From positions 86,648,886 to 86,695,926 of the forward strand of contig NC_068983.1 in NCBI RefSeq assembly GCF_001194135.2: a DNA stretch of 47,041 nucleotides, written 5' to 3'. The notes under the pieces were generated by a model, which saw only the letters and a list, made by a program, of their open reading frames with translations, was not told the DNA's origin and made no database searches. Shown piece after piece: positions 35,386 to 46,711 of this stretch (position 1 is the stretch's first letter; each line of letters starts with the position of its first letter). The position numbers were made by a program, and so were the translations under genes. The DNA is from Octopus bimaculoides. Lineage: Eukaryota.

Positions 35386-35720
35386 TGAAAGACTCTCGGA
35401 TAGTTTATAATTACCGGTTGTACTTTACTTGAAAGCAGGCAATAACAAATCACCAATGGTTTCAAGTAGTACCTTCTCCTGTGACTCAAAGAGACAATAC
35501 TCTCCTTCGAATGCGAGCTGTACCCAACAATGTTGTCTTCTCGATCACATCGAGCCTGACAGCAGTTCCAATATTCTTAATATGTTTTCCAAAGCTCTTG
35601 GAAACTGCTCCTAATGCTCCAGTTAACACCAGTATCACCATTACTTTCTTCATGCCCTATAACTTACCTATCTCGTACCGCAGTGGCTGGTATTTCCCAC
35701 TCTTTTCTGTTTCCTTAGAA
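35385..35720 (-). mobile_element. R4/Dong-like REL non-LTR retrotransposon 3' fragment 1
   Basis: Minus strand GKYQPLRYEIGKL*GMKKVMVILVLTGALGAVSKSFGKHIKNIGTAVRLDVIEKTTLLGTARIRRRVLSL*, then a 3' UTR and an (AGT)n(AAT)n tail. Confidence 0.8.
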
Positions 35721-36186
35721 CAGTGCATGTCATCAAAATGACTAGAGTGAAATATACGAAGCCCAGTATACCCATCGTGACTACCCGTCTGATAAGGGTA
35801 CACCAGGCACATGCACCACTGCCATATGTGGGCGACATGGTGATTTCATATCAAGATAAACAGCGCATAACCTTGCAGGTGGAGCCCAGTTAGAATTTTC
35901 TTCGGGTCGAGTAGTCCATCCCGCTCAAAAGGTCCCTGAATAAAGTTTGTTTAAGAATGTTGAACGAAACACCCATGTTTCCAGAGGTGAATTATCCAAA
36001 CCCTAACGAATTCCTCTCAACACATGGCTATGATGCTCCCCCACTACTTCTGCTCATGATCAGAGATTCACATATCGTCAGCCACTAAGGGACATGCTCA
36101 ACTGGTTAAAGTTAAACAACTGACAAGCAAATTTGTGGTACTGAGCAGAATATTTGCTGTAGCCCATCTTTTATACCATGACAAAA

Positions 36187-36188
<2 letters not shown>
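35721..36188 (-). mobile_element. ~470-bp non-coding interspersed repeat (SINE-like or LINE UTR); partial rearranged copy at 36899-36998
   Basis: CAACTGACAAGCAAAT..GT.G.A.TGAGCAGAATATTTGCTGT and CATATCGTCAGCCACTAAGGGACAT occur in both places. No ORF. Confidence 0.65.

Positions 36189-36259
<71 letters not shown>
36189..36259. repeat. (TTA)n tract at the 3' end of R4/Dong fragment 2
   Basis: About 23 perfect units. Confidence 0.95.
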
Positions 36260-36261
36260 TT

Positions 36262-36897
36262 ATTGGCTTTGCACAGCTTCTAACGCTGGAGATGTACTAT
36301 GGTGTCAGCTGTTCACTACCAGTGAACTAAGGTAACACCCCTTATCTTTCGAGCAACATCCGGAGTATTCGAACGGTTCCAAGCAGTGTTGTTTTCTGCA
36401 AGTGCTCCACCCTTATTGCAACCCCTATTTGTTCCATGTACTTCTCAAGATTTTTACTCATTGTTCCTAGGGCTCCGACAAATGTTGGTACTACTACCAC
36501 TTTTTTCAACGACCGCAACTGCTTAACCTCCTATGCTAACCTGTTATATCTACTGACTTTTCTTTCTTCCTTATCGCATACCTTGTTGTCAGCTAGTCAT
36601 GCTATATCTATGATCCAGCATCATTTGCTTTCTTTCTCAACATTATGATTGGCTTCCTATTCTCTACCTCATTGTCGCACTGAATCATAAAATCCCATAG
36701 GATCTTTGCATCATCATTTTCGATGATGCCTTCGAATTTATGTTCGTACCACTTTTTTGCTCTGTCAAGTCAATACTTATTGCAAAGTGTCCAATGGACA
36801 ATCCTTGCTATATTGTCATGATGTCTCTAATATTCTTTCTGGGCTAGTGGCGTACACTGACTGGTAACATGCTATAGGGTTTCACTATTTTATTGAA
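36262..36897 (-). mobile_element. R4/Dong-like REL non-LTR retrotransposon 3' fragment 2 (end of the CCHC knuckle plus REL domain)
   Basis: Minus strand, with frameshifts: ETLxHVTSQCTPLAQKEYxRHHDNIARIVHWTLCNKY..WYEHKFEGIIENDDAKILWDFMIQCD..NRKP..WIIDIA..KEERKVSRY..VVVP..GALG..HLQKTTLLGTVRILRMLLER*. Confidence 0.85.
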
Positions 36898-37011
36898 ACA
36901 GTTGAATATGTCCCTTAGTGGCTGACGATATGTGCATCTCTGTTTAAAGTCAAGCAACTGACAAGCAAATCTGTAGAATTGAGCAGAATATTTGCTGTAT
37001 TATCATTATTT

Positions 37012-37223
37012 AAGGTAGCGGACAGAATCGTTAGCACGCCGGGCGAAATGCTTAGCGATATTTCGTCTGTCGCTACGTTAGGAGTTCAAATTCCGCCGAG
37101 GTCGACTTTGCCTTTCATCCTTCCGGGCTCGATAAATTAATTACCAGTGAAACACTAGGGGTCGATGTAATCAACTAGTCCCCTCCCACCAAATTTGAGG
37201 CCTTGTGTCTTCAGTAGAAAGGA

Positions 37224-37228
<5 letters not shown>
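37012..37228 (+). mobile_element. Full-length SINE-A ending in (TTA)n
   Basis: B-box GAGTTCAAATTCC (37082-37094) and GTAGAAAGGATTATT tail. Confidence 0.9.
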
Positions 37229-37254
<26 letters not shown>

Positions 37255-38039
37255 ACCCTGTTGCAATCTTTTTTTTTTTNNNNNNNNNNNNNNNNNNNNN
37301 NNNNNNNNNNNNNNNNNNNNNNNNNNNNNNNNNNNNNNNNNNNNNNNNNNNNNNNNNNNNNNNNNNNNNNNNNNNNNNNNNNNNNNNNNNNNNNNNNNNN
37401 NNNNNNNNNNNNNNNNNNNNNNNNNNNNNNNNNNNNNNNNNNNNNNNNNNNNNNNNNNNNNNNNNNNNNNNNNNNNNNNNNNNNNNNNNNNNNNNNNNNN
37501 NNNNNNNNNNNNNNNNNNNNNNNNNNNNNNNNNNNNNNNNNNNNNNNNNNNNNNNNNNNNNNNNNNNNNNNNNNNNNNNNNNNNNNNNNNNNNNNNNNNN
37601 NNNNNNNNNNNNNNNNNNNNNNNNNNNNNNNNNNNNNNNNNNNNNNNNNNNNNNNNNNNNNNNNNNNNNNNNNNNNNNNNNNNNNNNNNNNNNNNNNNNN
37701 NNNNNNNNNNNNNNNNNNNNNNNNNNNNNNNNNNNNNNNNNNNNNNNNNNNNNNNNNNNNNNNNNNNNNNNNNNNNNNNNNNNNNNNNNNNNNNNNNNNN
37801 NNNNNNNNNNNNNNNNNNNNNNNNNNNNNNNNNNNNNNNNNNNNNNNNNNNNNNNNNNNNNNNNNNNNNNNNNNNNNNNNNNNNNNNNNNNNNNNNNNNN
37901 NNNNNNNNNNNNNNNNNNNNNNNNNNNNNNNNNNNNNNNNNNNNNNNNNNNNNNNNNNNNNNNNNNNNNNNNNNNNNNNNNNNNNNNNNNNNNNNNNNNN
38001 NNNNNNNNNNNNNNNNNNNNNNNNNNNNNNNNNNNNNNN

Positions 38040-38049
38040 ATATATATAC

Positions 38050-38086
<37 letters not shown>

Positions 38087-38526
38087 CGCACACACACACA
38101 CACATATGTATGTATGTATGTATATATATATACGTGTATTATATGTATATAGTTTGTGAATTATGTATAGAAATATATCATGAATGTATAGCTATTTGTG
38201 TATATAGATGTATATTTACATACGTATCCATAGTGTAACGTATGATTGTATGTGTATGTGTATGAATGTATTATTTGCATGTAATTACCTAACTGCCTAT
38301 CTATTTATCTAACTATATGTATATATATGTGTGTGTGTGTGTATATATATCCAGCCATTACTCCATCACTCTATATCTCTCTACTTATTTATCTATCTGT
38401 CTGTCTATCTTATCTACCAATCTGTCCATCACTCTCTCTCGCTTTTCTCTCTATATTTATTTATTTATCTATCTATCTATCCATCTATCTCTCTCTCCCT
38501 CTCTCCCTCTCTCTCCCGCTCTCCCC

Positions 38527-38597
<71 letters not shown>

Positions 38598-38826
38598 CTA
38601 TCTACCTCTCTGTCTATCTGTCTGTCTCTCTGCTTATTTGTTTGCCTATCTAACTATTTATCTATCCAACCATTTTCTATCTTTCAATCTAACCATCTCT
38701 GTATCTATTTGCTTGACTCTCTCACCCTCTCTCTCACTCTCTCTCTCTCTCTATCTCTCTATCTATCTATATGTTTGTCTAACTTTAACTATGCCCTTAA
38801 CCTTTCTCTCTCTCTCTCTCTCACTC

Positions 38827-38897
<71 letters not shown>

Positions 38898-38946
38898 GGC
38901 ATTAACTGACTACTTGATAAATTCTTATAAAGAATTTATCCTATAT

Positions 38947-38983
<37 letters not shown>
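38040..38983. repeat. (TA), (TCTA), (CT) microsatellite block between two gaps
   Basis: Direct runs. Confidence 0.9.
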
Positions 38984-39753
38984 NNNNNNNNNNNNNNNNN
39001 NNNNNNNNNNNNNNNNNNNNNNNNNNNNNNNNNNNNNNNNNNNNNNNNNNNNNNNNNNNNNNNNNNNNNNNNNNNNNNNNNNNNNNNNNNNNNNNNNNNN
39101 NNNNNNNNNNNNNNNNNNNNNNNNNNNNNNNNNNNNNNNNNNNNNNNNNNNNNNNNNNNNNNNNNNNNNNNNNNNNNNNNNNNNNNNNNNNNNNNNNNNN
39201 NNNNNNNNNNNNNNNNNNNNNNNNNNNNNNNNNNNNNNNNNNNNNNNNNNNNNNNNNNNNNNNNNNNNNNNNNNNNNNNNNNNNNNNNNNNNNNNNNNNN
39301 NNNNNNNNNNNNNNNNNNNNNNNNNNNNNNNNNNNNNNNNNNNNNNNNNNNNNNNNNNNNNNNNNNNNNNNNNNNNNNNNNNNNNNNNNNNNNNNNNNNN
39401 NNNNNNNNNNNNNNNNNNNNNNNNNNNNNNNNNNNNNNNNNNNNNNNNNNNNNNNNNNNNNNNNNNNNNNNNNNNNNNNNNNNNNNNNNNNNNNNNNNNN
39501 NNNNNNNNNNNNNNNNNNNNNNNNNNNNNNNNNNNNNNNNNNNNNNNNNNNNNNNNNNNNNNNNNNNNNNNNNNNNNNNNNNNNNNNNNNNNNNNNNNNN
39601 NNNNNNNNNNNNNNNNNNNNNNNNNNNNNNNNNNNNNNNNNNNNNNNNNNNNNNNNNNNNNNNNNNNNNNNNNNNNNNNNNNNNNNNNNNNNNNNNNNNN
39701 NNNNNNNNNNNNNNNNNNNNNNNNNNNNNNNNNNNNNNNNNNNNNNNNNNNNN

Positions 39754-39799
<46 letters not shown>

Positions 39800-40762
39800 T
39801 TACATATATATATAGATACATGCATATACACACGTATACACACAGTATATCTAGTATATCCAAAATATTTGTCGGCGTCCACACGCACTCCAACCACCTC
39901 TTCCAGTGCCATGACCAACATCATTGTGATGAACGACTGCTGTCAGGACTAGTAGTAAACACCACCACCATCACGATCCATCTACGCCGTCACAATGCAC
40001 CACCAACAACAACAGCAACAACTCTACTACATTCACCACCACTACAACCATCACTAACATGAGAGAAACGATCGTACCGCTACATGATCGCCTAGTCTGC
40101 ATGATATAGCAGCCAAATTTCCATTAACTCACACTCCTGCGTCTTTTGAAAGGACATGTTGTGTAATAAAGTCTCGTGAATGTAGAGAAACGAAAGGATG
40201 ATCACATTTGGAGAGTCTTTGATCATAGGTCTGTTCAGTCAGAGTTTAACTGGATCTAAGCAACATCAATTATGACATCGATAACAACTTGTAATAAGGG
40301 GCATAGACAACGAGTTACTTTCACCAATAAAATTTCTCTCCGTCATTACATTATCAGCAGTTTGAAAGGGAGTCTATACATGGTCTCTCGATATGCATGA
40401 ACCAGACTGCCTTAAAATGGAAGGTCACAATGGATATTGTTGTCCTAAATATATAAGACCTCTCTTAGCCAGGGTTCACTCTCTGTGCAGCTAGATAGAA
40501 ACTTCCTCTGAAAAAACGTAGGCTTGAACATCATTATTTTAATGGAAGATATAAGCAACTACTTATACAGAAGTTTTTCCTCTACTATACCACTGAAAAG
40601 CAAGGAAGAACAAGGATCAGCATAACTTGGCACCAGTGTTTTTGCAGACGAACTTAGAAATACAAAAACATGGGATAAACACTGCAAGGTATTTTCTCCA
40701 ACTCTGTATCAGTTCAAACAATCCACCGACCAGGATTTTTGTTGTTTTTTTGGGGGGGGGTT

Positions 40763-40795
<33 letters not shown>

Positions 40796-41819
40796 CGCAG
40801 ATTCCCATGACTTTGTCGCCATCCACTTCCATTATCATGAATTTGAATTGAGAATTTGAGTCAGAGTTAATCTTTCATTAGCTGTTTATATAATCATTGA
40901 CGCCGCCCTATGGATGTATTGCAGTTACTCTCTTGAAAGAGCTTTATGATCCTGACCGTTGATCTTCTAAGATTCCTACGCTCAACATCAATATAAGAAG
41001 CACCATTGGCTCAGTCGAGCTCTTCCGAATTGTCCTGCCTCTTCAAAATATTTCATGCTGCAGTCCCATGACTTCACCGTATCCCTAGCGGGGTGGTTAA
41101 ACGGGTGCTATGCTTTGCCAAAGGGCAGCCCGTAACTCTGCAGCGCACAATCGTCACTGTGAGGTATTTTCAACCTACCTATGTGTGTGTTGCTCAGTCA
41201 CTCACACACACACACACACACACATACATATGTACATACATATATGTATGTATGCATGTATTGTTTGAACCGGAAGAAGAACCGGAATAAATGCTATTGA
41301 GCATTTTGTCCGATGTGCTAACGATTTTGCTAGCTAACCAAATCATATAAGAATTACGCAATAGAAATAACCAATATGATAAAAACTAGAGACAGTATCA
41401 AATATAATAAACTGAAATCACACACAACAGAAATAAGGCAGAGCACCAAACATCTAAACAAGAAAAATGATTTTTTTCCGTCGTTCGATTTGAACTCAGT
41501 TGCTCAGTCATTTGAATAATTCGCTGCTAAATTAACGTGGCTGAGCATTCCACTAACACGAGTACTCTTAACGTTATTCTCAAACAGAATCAGCGTAAAA
41601 CAGTGTATGTCATGAACCCGATGGGGTTTTTTTTTTATACAGTTTTCATTCACCCAGTTTTTCACTCACAGGATATAGGTTATCTCAGATGTCTAAGGAG
41701 CGGAAAACTAAAAAACTATGGAACCGACAAAGTTATTCAGGAAATTCTTTAATTAGTATTATTGATTTCTAATTTCTATTTGTACAGTCAAGGATAATAT
41801 ATATTTTTTATTGTTATTA

Positions 41820-42090
41820 TTGGCCGGGCACTCTGTCGGTTGTGACGACGAATGTTCCAGTTGACTCGATGAACGTAACCGCCTGCTCGAGAAATAACGT
41901 ATAAGTGGCTGAGCACTCCACAGACATGCGCACTCTTAATGTAGTTTTCAGAGAGATTCAGCGTGGCACTTCAGCGTGGCACTTCAGCGTGGCACTTCAG
42001 CGTGGCACAGAATATGACAAGGCTGGCCGTTTGAGATATAGGTTATACTCATTTTTGAGTGGTGTGGAGTAATGTGAAATAAAGAATGGT
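41820..42090 (-). mobile_element. SINE-C copy carrying a 13-bp x4 internal tandem repeat; further fragment at ~41530-41605
   Basis: GTGGCTGAGCACTCCACAGAC and GACAAGGCTGGCC core. TTCAGCGTGGCAC x4, perfect, at 41957-42008. Confidence 0.85.
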
Positions 42091-42259
42091 TGTCCAGTAT
42101 CTTATCGGCCATCAAAAGTCTCATGTCTTTTGACCCCTCAATCCTTTTCAGATATAAAGACCACAAAATAAAACAGAAATAGATAAATAAAAAAGAAAGC
42201 CCAAATAGGAAAATCATTAAACTATCCGCATATCATAAAATAAGGCTACGCATTTGTGG

Positions 42260-42440
42260 AGGTGAGGTGGAATATGAGGGATTCGGTCGATGCCTATACT
42301 TGAGCAGCAGTTCTTTTCTTTTTTTTTTTATGCCGATCCCTGAAGAAGTAAAGTCATAATTGATTCCGAAGGCATTTGAACTCGGAACGCAAAGGAACGT
42401 TATTAAATACTGCAAAGCATTTTGTCTGTCATCTGTAGAC
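42260..42440 (-). mobile_element. Degenerate SINE-A
   Basis: GGCATTTGAACTCGGAACGCAAAG...AAATACTGCAAAGCATTTTGTC. Confidence 0.6.
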
Positions 42441-43664
42441 TTGATTCTACCACTCACCGTCCTTCCATACTTTATAGTATAACAGGAAGACAGACAACAG
42501 TTGAATACTGGAGAAGAAAGAAAAAATATATATGGTTTTCCAATGGATATGAATGGGAAAAACCATCAGCTAAATTACCATTTTAGATCACTTGAGAGTC
42601 AACCAACATCAACCGACAATTATTTCGTGTTTCAGTCACTGAGATATATTATTCATTATTGACTTATCTATTTTTATTAATCAACTTTTCGTAATTGATG
42701 TAAAACTTAAATAAAACCCAGCGCGGCTGATCTGATTGCTGTTTCCGGTTTATACAAAAAATATGAATGCTGCCAATTGCATTTCAATTTCCCATCTATT
42801 AATGATTACATATTAGCTTCCGGATATTCAACGGATGTCAATATTCAGACGTCAGTAATCTTTCTTTTTTTTCTCTCTTTTTTCTTTCTGTTGGAAAGTT
42901 CTCTAATGGAGGGTCGAGGTTTAATAAGAAAAAAACACGCGCTATTTACATCCTGTCAAACATTCGGAATCAGTTCTTTTTGTTGCAAATTGCATTAATT
43001 TTTCGGATAGGCGATGTAATTTGATGCTTTCGGTGAACAGAATTTGCGGCTATTTTTCCGCCATCTTTCATGTTCTTATTTTCCCATGCCGTTGTCCTAG
43101 TAACCGAGCTTGCTATACACAATGTGAACCTGAGAATATTGTATGAGTTTCCTATCGGTATGAACACACAGATCGTTTTGTTTATTTGCATCGGCAATAG
43201 TGGGAAATAATGACATGAAAATAATTAATAGAAAGAAGGCTAAATAGAGAAGGAAAAAAGATAATTTATGACAAAAAGTAGACACAACTAGTAAATAAAA
43301 ATAAACAACCAAGAAATTGAATAATAGAAATTGGGAAGAAGAACGCAAATTTTAATGAAAATTGTGAAATAAAGTTGAAAATTCCTATTTATAGTTAGAA
43401 TGTTTGGATTACACTATTATATATATTTTCTATTTATTTGAAGCTGACTGTAAATGCAGATACGAAGGACATATGAAACTGAATCAAAAGAGGATATTTT
43501 GATTATGTTTTGCATAACCATTGTTGAATGCATCTGCTTTTTAACTTAGCTTACAAAAATGTATTTTGCGTTCAATACAAGACTAGTCCCCGAAAAAACA
43601 ATATTCTATTTACTTTTTAACACTAGTATAATAAGAAAAAAATAACAATGCCTAAGATAATAAT

Positions 43665-44685
43665 CATTTCTGGTTTAAGCATAATGCTAACAAGTCTAAG
43701 GATAAGGGATTCACCGACACCATTAACCTCAGTACCTAACTGATACTTCATTTTATCGACCCGGAAAGATGGAAAGTTGACCTCGGCGGGACTTGAATTT
43801 TAAATGCAAAGAGCCGGAAGAAGTATCACATTTTTTTACCGACGCTCTAATGATTCTGTCAGCTCGCCTGTTTCTAAAACAAAGACAGGGCCTAAAATTT
43901 TGAGGCAGAGCAACAGTCGGCAACATCGATCCAGTACTTGACCGGTACTTTATTTTATTGATCCCCGAAAGGATCGTAAGTAAAGTTGACTTTGGTTGAA
44001 TTTGAACTCAAAACATAAAGAACCAGAAAAATGCGGCTAAACATTTTGTCCAAGCTTTAAAATTTTTGCCAACCTCAAAGAATCGCACATACATTATAGC
44101 AAACCTTAAGGCGGCGTGCTGGAAGAATCGTTAGCACGCCGGGTGAAATGTTTCGCGGTATTTCATCTGCCGCTATGCTCTGAGCTCAAATTCCGTCGAG
44201 GTCGACTTTGCCTTTCACCCTATGGGGGTCGATAAATTAAGTACTAGTTGCTTACTGGGGTCGATCTAATCGTCTGGGCCTCCTCTCCCAAAATTTCAGG
44301 CCTTGTGCCTATGATAGAAAGGATTATAGTAAACTTTATAAACAAATGCATAACAATGGAATAGGCCATAGGAAAATGAGGAGGGTGAGAGAAGTTTATA
44401 TAATGAACGGATTACGATTCAATAAAAACATGAAATAGATATAAAACAATACAGAACACAATAATTAAAGCAATATTTAATATTATATCATTTTTGGTAG
44501 CAGCATTTTTTGAGGTTCGGGGTAAGTCGATGACACCGACCTCAGTGTTCAAATGGTATTTATTTTACCGACCTTGAAAGGATGACAGGAAAAGTTGACG
44601 GGATTTGAACTCAGAACGTAACGACGAAAGAAATGCTGCTCAGTACTTTGTCCGGTGCGGTAACGATTCTGCCAGCTCGCTGTCT
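43665..44685. mobile_element. SINE-A cluster: minus ~43665-43868, minus ~43880-44075, full-length plus 44110-44327 with TSD, minus ~44495-44685
   Basis: The plus copy is flanked by ATTATAGCAAACCTTA (44093-44108) and ATTATAGTAAACTTTA (44323-44338), 14/16 identical, consistent with a target-site duplication. Confidence 0.85.
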
Positions 44686-45297
44686 TATCGTCTAATGTAA
44701 CGTTATAATATATAACATGAAAATATTTAGAGTCATCATATAAGCACAAGATTGGAAATCTGCTAGCTTTGTTGGGTTATAGCAACGCTTGGACCTACCC
44801 TTCAGTTATGATTCGTAGTGAGTTCTAGAACATCATCCATGGATACATTCATAATATTTAAGGTGAGGCGGAGGAAAGGTTGAACGTGTTTGGGTTGAAG
44901 TTGTTTTATATGTTAGTAGTAAGACGGTGACTACTTTAGTAACAACATATCATGTACGTTTGAACATGTCTTTACCTTTTAAGTCACCTCTAACAAGTAA
45001 CATGTTTTTGAAGCCTGCATTATGTCGCTTCGATTAATCTATCCATTATATCATTATGAATAATCCTCGCGAGTATGAACTCCAACCCCAAACGTTTTGA
45101 GTAGGGGTGATCACTTCACATCATTTTGATAACATCATTTTTGCTTTGTTTTATTTTTTTTTGTTTTTTTCCTCTCGGCTTTTTACTTAATGCTTTTTCC
45201 GGCAGTTCGCTTATCTTATTCTTCTTCCATTTCCCATCCGTCAAAAAGCGATGGGACAGTGCTGCTGGGAGGGGATTCGTAATCGTCCTCTTTTCAG

Positions 45298-45396
45298 ATA
45301 GAGGGTGGTGCGGATTTTCCGTCTTCTCTTGGAGCTACAACCAGTGTTGCGTGTGATGATACAACTGGAAACTCATCCTCGACTTCGGAGCAGTGA
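45298..45396 (+). CDS. Candidate terminal coding exon (IEGGADFPSSLGATTSVACDDTTGNSSSTSEQ*), unknown product
   Basis: Acceptor CGTCCTCTTTTCAG|ATA in a GC-richer unique island. The phase-0 frame gives a plausible disordered Ser/Thr/Gly tail. No family recognised. Confidence 0.25.
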   Translation: MEGGADFPSSLGATTSVACDDTTGNSSSTSEQ

Positions 45397-45480
45397 CCGA
45401 TAACACACTGGAGACTGGAATCTGTTGTTCTCCACCGCTTTCGTTTTTCCTTCGTTTCTTCAGCGCTTCTAGGTAAAAGT

Positions 45481-45700
45481 CTCGCAAGTGGCGCTGAGCG
45501 TTTTCCGTTACGCTTACGATTCTGCCAATTCGTCACATTATGTAACATTGATTTCAAATTTTGCCTCAAGGCCAGCAAGTTCGGGAGAGAGGTTAAGTCG
45601 ATTACATCAAACCCAGTGCTCAAATGGTACTTATTCTATCGACGCTGGAAGGATGAAAAGGAAAATCGACCCCGGTGACATTCGAAATTAAAACATAAAG
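45481..45700 (-). mobile_element. SINE-A head fragment plus a headless SINE-A copy
   Basis: ACGATTCTGCCAATTCG head, then AAATTTTGCCTCAAGGCCAGC...GGTACTTATTCTATCGAC...GGATGAAAAGG. Confidence 0.75.
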
Positions 45701-46124
45701 TGGGAAGAAACTGGGCTATTTTTGCTGCATCATCAATTTTATGCCCTTCATTTCTATATTCTCATCAGAGCATAACTCTGGAATGTCGCTATATTTCTGA
45801 AGGGCCATAAGGACCGACCGCTTTTACAACTTTCTTGTTCTCTGGTATCGTTAACTTTGAGAGACATGCTGTTTTAAACATCACCATCTAGTCTTTGGGA
45901 ACTTTTAGTGCAGTTCACTCTGTAACAAGGATTTGAATCCGATCCTCAATTCCTTGATAGTCGACAGTAAATATTATCTCATATGTATGTCTTTGGGTTT
46001 ACACAACTTCCAACCGACGCTTTTTATTCATTTCTAGTGACTTAGTGGTTAGTGGTTCGACAAGTACCAAACTTTTTAAAAATGCGTTGGTATATTATGA
46101 TCGACTAAACAAGAAAGAAAAGAT

Positions 46125-46149
46125 AATGATGATGATGATGATGATGATG

Positions 46150-46202
<53 letters not shown>

Positions 46203-46221
46203 CAAAATAGGAAAAGAATAC

Positions 46222-46259
<38 letters not shown>

Positions 46260-46680
46260 TATGTGTAGTGTGTGCACGCACGTATCAGGAGTTGCGCAGT
46301 CGGACGCGCTCATGCGTACCAAGCCACGTGCGGCCCAACAGCGTGTCGGCATAAGGTGGACAACCCCCCTAACACAGGCAATGAATATATTACATGTAAA
46401 CTAGCTTGATAATTTAGTTTGAGATTGGACATTTTAATTTGATTGCAGCATCAACTGAAATGTTGAGCCTGTAGTTTCAACTCCTCCGTAGCATTGTGTT
46501 TGTGTGCGTGCATGACTCTCTGTGTGTGTGTGTGTGTGGTAGGATGTATGTGTTTGTGAGTGTAAATAAGATATAAATTACATTAACGGCAAAAATATCT
46601 CTGGAACTCTCTGGAACGTAGGCAGTTTTGTTGATCGAACAAGAATACATTTTTTTACGCATGATGATGATGATGATACC

Positions 46681-46711
<31 letters not shown>

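Larger units (their letters stand above)
18105..39753. other. Six assembly gaps: 18105-18454, 19513-19626, 25857-26763, 29020-29446, 37280-38039, 38984-39753
   Basis: N runs, each flanked on at least one side by a microsatellite. Confidence 0.99.

Noticed and set aside
33740-40860. Strong lone acceptors at 33739/33740 and 40800/40801
   Set aside because: There is no good donor, and all frames close within ~20 codons. T-rich tracts ending in AG are common by chance here.
41957-42008. CRISPR-like or operator-like 13-bp repeats
   Set aside because: There are no spacers. It is a local tandem expansion of a SINE-C segment in a eukaryotic genome.
45302-45345. RVVRIFRLLL resembling a voltage-sensor S4 helix
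   Set aside because: The frame has a stop immediately upstream and shortly downstream, and there are no neighbouring channel segments.
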